IMG/VR virus record: IMGVR_UViG_3300025030_000876
Coordinates: 676 to 64,675 of that record
DNA from: a virus
Lineage: Duplodnaviria; Caudoviricetes
DNA length: 64,000 nt
Direction: 5' to 3' (one strand)
Positions 61,359 through 64,000 of this stretch are shown here, one piece after another. The notes beneath the pieces are model-generated. The model was not told the DNA's origin and made no database searches. It was given only the letters and a program-made list of their open reading frames with translations. The first letter of the stretch is position 1. Every line of letters begins with the position of its first letter. The position numbers and the translations under genes are program-made.

Positions 61359-61819
61359 TTGATAGTAGCGGTATCAGCGGAAGTATTAGCCGCGCCAGCA
61401 TTAACTACCCGCTTAAACCAAATCCGATAACCTTGACCTGCAGGAATATCAGGCACAGACATTCTGCTGGAGGTGTTATAAGTAGCAAATACAATCGCGG
61501 CAGGAGCGGTAGATTCATTAGCCACAGACAAAGAACTCTCAAGTGCATTAGGCCCGAGGTCAAGCCGAGTATCCGCGCTTGAAGTATCAGGGTCCAGGTA
61601 AACAGTTACCGAAGTAGCCGCTGCATCCCCTGAATTGTACAAATCCAACGCCCGGTACTCAGTATCCCCTGCAGCAGATTCCACTGCACTCACATCATCA
61701 AACAAGTTATTCAACGGAGTAGAACTCAAAGCCACTGAACTTCTAACTCCTCCCAACGAAGCATTTGCATTGCTGTTGCTCGCCCCACCAGTGTATCTCA
61801 GTTCCAACGTCGCTGCCAT
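61343..61819 (-). CDS. Virion structural protein
   Basis: SLGG...NNLFDDVS...GDTEYR...IWFKR motif common in phage tail regions. Confidence 0.55.
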   Translation of the reverse strand: MAATLELRYTGGASNSNANASLGGVRSSVALSSTPLNNLFDDVSAVESAAGDTEYRALDLYNSGDAAATSVTVYLDPDTSSADTRLDLGPNALESSLSVANESTAPAAIVFATYNTSSRMSVPDIPAGQGYRIWFKRVVNAGAANTSADTATIKWEYA

Positions 61820-61830
61820 ATCTTATCTCC

Positions 61831-64000
61831 TTACTTGGTTTTTGCCAGAATCACAAATGTTCTGGTTTTGGTGTTAAACAACATGGTATGGGTTTTTGTA
61901 GTGAAAGTCTCTAAAGGACTAACTGCAATAACTGTAGAAATAACCGCCCAAGCTGACTGCGCTTCTTCTTTGCTGAGAATCTTCCAGTTACTATCTTTAC
62001 TTACTGTTTTAAATATCTTCCAAGAAGTAGACGCTGACAGATTACTTAGTGCAAAAACCTTCCATTCAGAATCTTCATTCCCAGAAGCAAACAATTTCCA
62101 AGCACTTGCTTTCTCTATCCCTACTTGGATTTTCCAAGAAGTATCTATTGCTTCAAGTCCTGCGACAAATATCACCCAAGCAGAATCTTGGGTTTGTTCT
62201 TTGTAAATCTTCCACTCAGCAGATTCGCTTAACTCTGCAAACAATTTCCAAGCAGAGTCTTTGGTGTTTTCTTTAAACAACTTCCAACTAGAAACTTTAT
62301 TCAGATTCTTAAACAGTTTCCAACTGGTTTGTTTGCTGACTGGTTTGAAAACTCGCCAACTAGCAATCTTGCTCAACCCAGTTGCAATCTTCCAAGCAGT
62401 ATTTACTGCAACCGTGCTTCCAACAAGTACTTGCCAATTGGTGTTAATACTTGGATTTTTAAATAATTTCCAGGTTGTTTGTTTTGCTATACCGAGTTTA
62501 ACTTTCCACGTGGCTTGTCTATTTGTGCTTTTAAATAACTTCCAGACGGTGTTTTTAGTCAATCCCTTGCGGAGTTTCCATGCTGTATCCTTAGTAATAG
62601 CCTTAAATAATTTCCAACTGACATTGTGTGCAAAAACCTTAACCATTTTCCATGCAACAGATTGTTCATTATAGGCTGGGATAGCAAGCTTCCCGCCGGT
62701 TGCATATCCGCCTATAAATGTAACTGGTGGGTTTATTATACCAAGCGGTGCTTCTGCAAACTCAATCTGTGTGATATAGCCATCCATTTTTGTCGTGAGT
62801 TGCACAGCCGTGGCAGGGCCAGTGAAGTTGGCAATTCTGTTGCCCATGTAAAAGGCAACAAAACTTGCCCCATCTCGGACAAAAGTGAATTCTATGGGTT
62901 TAATTTCTGCATTGAAATTAAAGGTAGTCGTAGTGACAACCCCGTTCTTATTAAATTTGAGATAGGGTGAAGAACTGCCAAATTCAAAAGCATATGTATT
63001 GACTCCATCTGTAATGCCTGCCATGAAGCCGCTCGCCTGACCAAGCATGGCCGTAACCTGCACAGCCAGCATTCCCTCAGTGAACTCATCTTCCAGCGTC
63101 AGCGTCTGTGCTATAGTACATTCGATTGCATGTCCCCAATTGAAGGGCCAGGTTGCCGAAGCAAGCCCAACATCGCGGTGCATCTGTGCATCATAAGGCC
63201 AGACGTTATCCCAGCCATTGGCTAAAACCGGCTCGGTGAAGTTGCGGGTTGGAGCCAATGACCTTCCATCATAGGCAAGGTGCGCCTCCCCATCCTTAAT
63301 GGCAAGATTGGACGGAACCCCAATGATGATACTGTCCCATGCACCAATACCCGGAGCAAGAAGAACACGGCGTCTCTGTTCGATTGCCGGATTGAATGGG
63401 TCGGCCCCCCAGAACATGGTCGCACAGTTCATCCACCCCACAGGAGCAGCCCCTCCTATCAGGTCGTTTGCAAACCAGTAATAGAGGCTGCGCGTTGAAT
63501 CATAAATCATCTGCCAGTTTTCGCCGCCATGGGTGTAAACGACGTTAACTAGATCAGGCGTCCACGGGCCAACGGGATTAGGGCATGTGGCCTGTGCGTA
63601 GCCGAAATCATTATCGGCATTCACAGCCCCAAAAATGGCATGATATAACGAATCGCTTGAATCGTACCAAACACACCCAATCTGTGAGGCCAAACAGTTC
63701 GGGGCTTCATCCTCAATAATCCCCAGCGGGATTGTAATGTCGCTATTATAATTTCCATATGGGCCATTGGGAAAAGTGGCCGGGTAGCCGTAATAGGTCG
63801 GGTGATGGTATGGCCCCTCAACTGCATCAGCAATGGCTATTCGCCCCTCGTATTTTTCAAACCCCGTGTACTCAGTTACATGCCTGTCTGAAGTGTTGTA
63901 ATACATGTAGTAGCGAGCGCCGAATTTGAACACATAGCAACTCCCGGCATTGCCGATTGGGGAACCATCCGCCATAAGGACACCGGATGCTCGAAGACTC
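61831..64000 (-). CDS. Fibre protein: glycoside hydrolase-like five-bladed propeller plus Trp/Lys 12-aa repeat tail; 5' end off the window
   Basis: Frame stays open to 64000; YYMYY/GPW/GAWD propeller blades; 20 Trp-anchored repeats. Confidence 0.8.
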   Translation of the reverse strand, partial: SLRASGVLMADGSPIGNAGSCYVFKFGARYYMYYNTSDRHVTEYTGFEKYEGRIAIADAVEGPYHHPTYYGYPATFPNGPYGNYNSDITIPLGIIEDEAPNCLASQIGCVWYDSSDSLYHAIFGAVNADNDFGYAQATCPNPVGPWTPDLVNVVYTHGGENWQMIYDSTRSLYYWFANDLIGGAAPVGWMNCATMFWGADPFNPAIEQRRRVLLAPGIGAWDSIIIGVPSNLAIKDGEAHLAYDGRSLAPTRNFTEPVLANGWDNVWPYDAQMHRDVGLASATWPFNWGHAIECTIAQTLTLEDEFTEGMLAVQVTAMLGQASGFMAGITDGVNTYAFEFGSSSPYLKFNKNGVVTTTTFNFNAEIKPIEFTFVRDGASFVAFYMGNRIANFTGPATAVQLTTKMDGYITQIEFAEAPLGIINPPVTFIGGYATGGKLAIPAYNEQSVAWKMVKVFAHNVSWKLFKAITKDTAWKLRKGLTKNTVWKLFKSTNRQATWKVKLGIAKQTTWKLFKNPSINTNWQVLVGSTVAVNTAWKIATGLSKIASWRVFKPVSKQTSWKLFKNLNKVSSWKLFKENTKDSAWKLFAELSESAEWKIYKEQTQDSAWVIFVAGLEAIDTSWKIQVGIEKASAWKLFASGNEDSEWKVFALSNLSASTSWKIFKTVSKDSNWKILSKEEAQSAWAVISTVIAVSPLETFTTKTHTMLFNTKTRTFVILAKTK

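Noticed and set aside
61831-64000. Diversity-generating retroelement target
   Set aside because: No reverse transcriptase and no TR/VR pair differing at adenines; the repeats are protein-level.
1-64000. Stop-codon reassignment, Z-genome or 7-deazaguanine pathway, integrase
   Set aside because: Core genes are intact in the standard code, and I recognise no purZ, dpdA/que or recombinase genes.

Overview
This window is most of the genome of a tailed dsDNA siphovirus-like bacteriophage. It is probably lytic, since no integrase or repressor is recognisable. There are three blocks. (1) 1-24.6 kb, minus strand: terminases, a lysis cassette, portal, S49 protease with nested scaffold, capsid, neck, tail tube, frameshifting tail chaperones, tape measure, tail-tip and fibre proteins. 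(2) 25.1-60.1 kb, plus strand: many small early genes, then recombination genes (PD-(D/E)XK nuclease, Sak4-like ATPase, DUF669 SSB), a double glycosyltransferase with a methyltransferase, ATP-dependent ligase, a family A polymerase split in two by a free-standing HNH-AP2 gene, dNMP kinase, a DUF3987-type AAA+ protein, an intein-containing class II RNR and a DEDDh exonuclease. (3) 60.2-64 kb, minus strand: further virion/fibre genes. Long fibre-like ORFs run off both window ends, consistent with a circularly permuted genome slightly larger than the window. Highlights are the intron-less fractured polymerase whose proofreading site is split between two chains, a cluster of degenerate pyrimidine enzymes next to the glycosyl/methyl-transferases, a ~160 bp symmetric origin-like palindrome, a small RNA with two anti-Shine-Dalgarno loops, a 300-nt cluster of structured RNA domains and two families of conserved early-region hairpins. 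All calls were made by eye from motifs. No database search or folding program was run.
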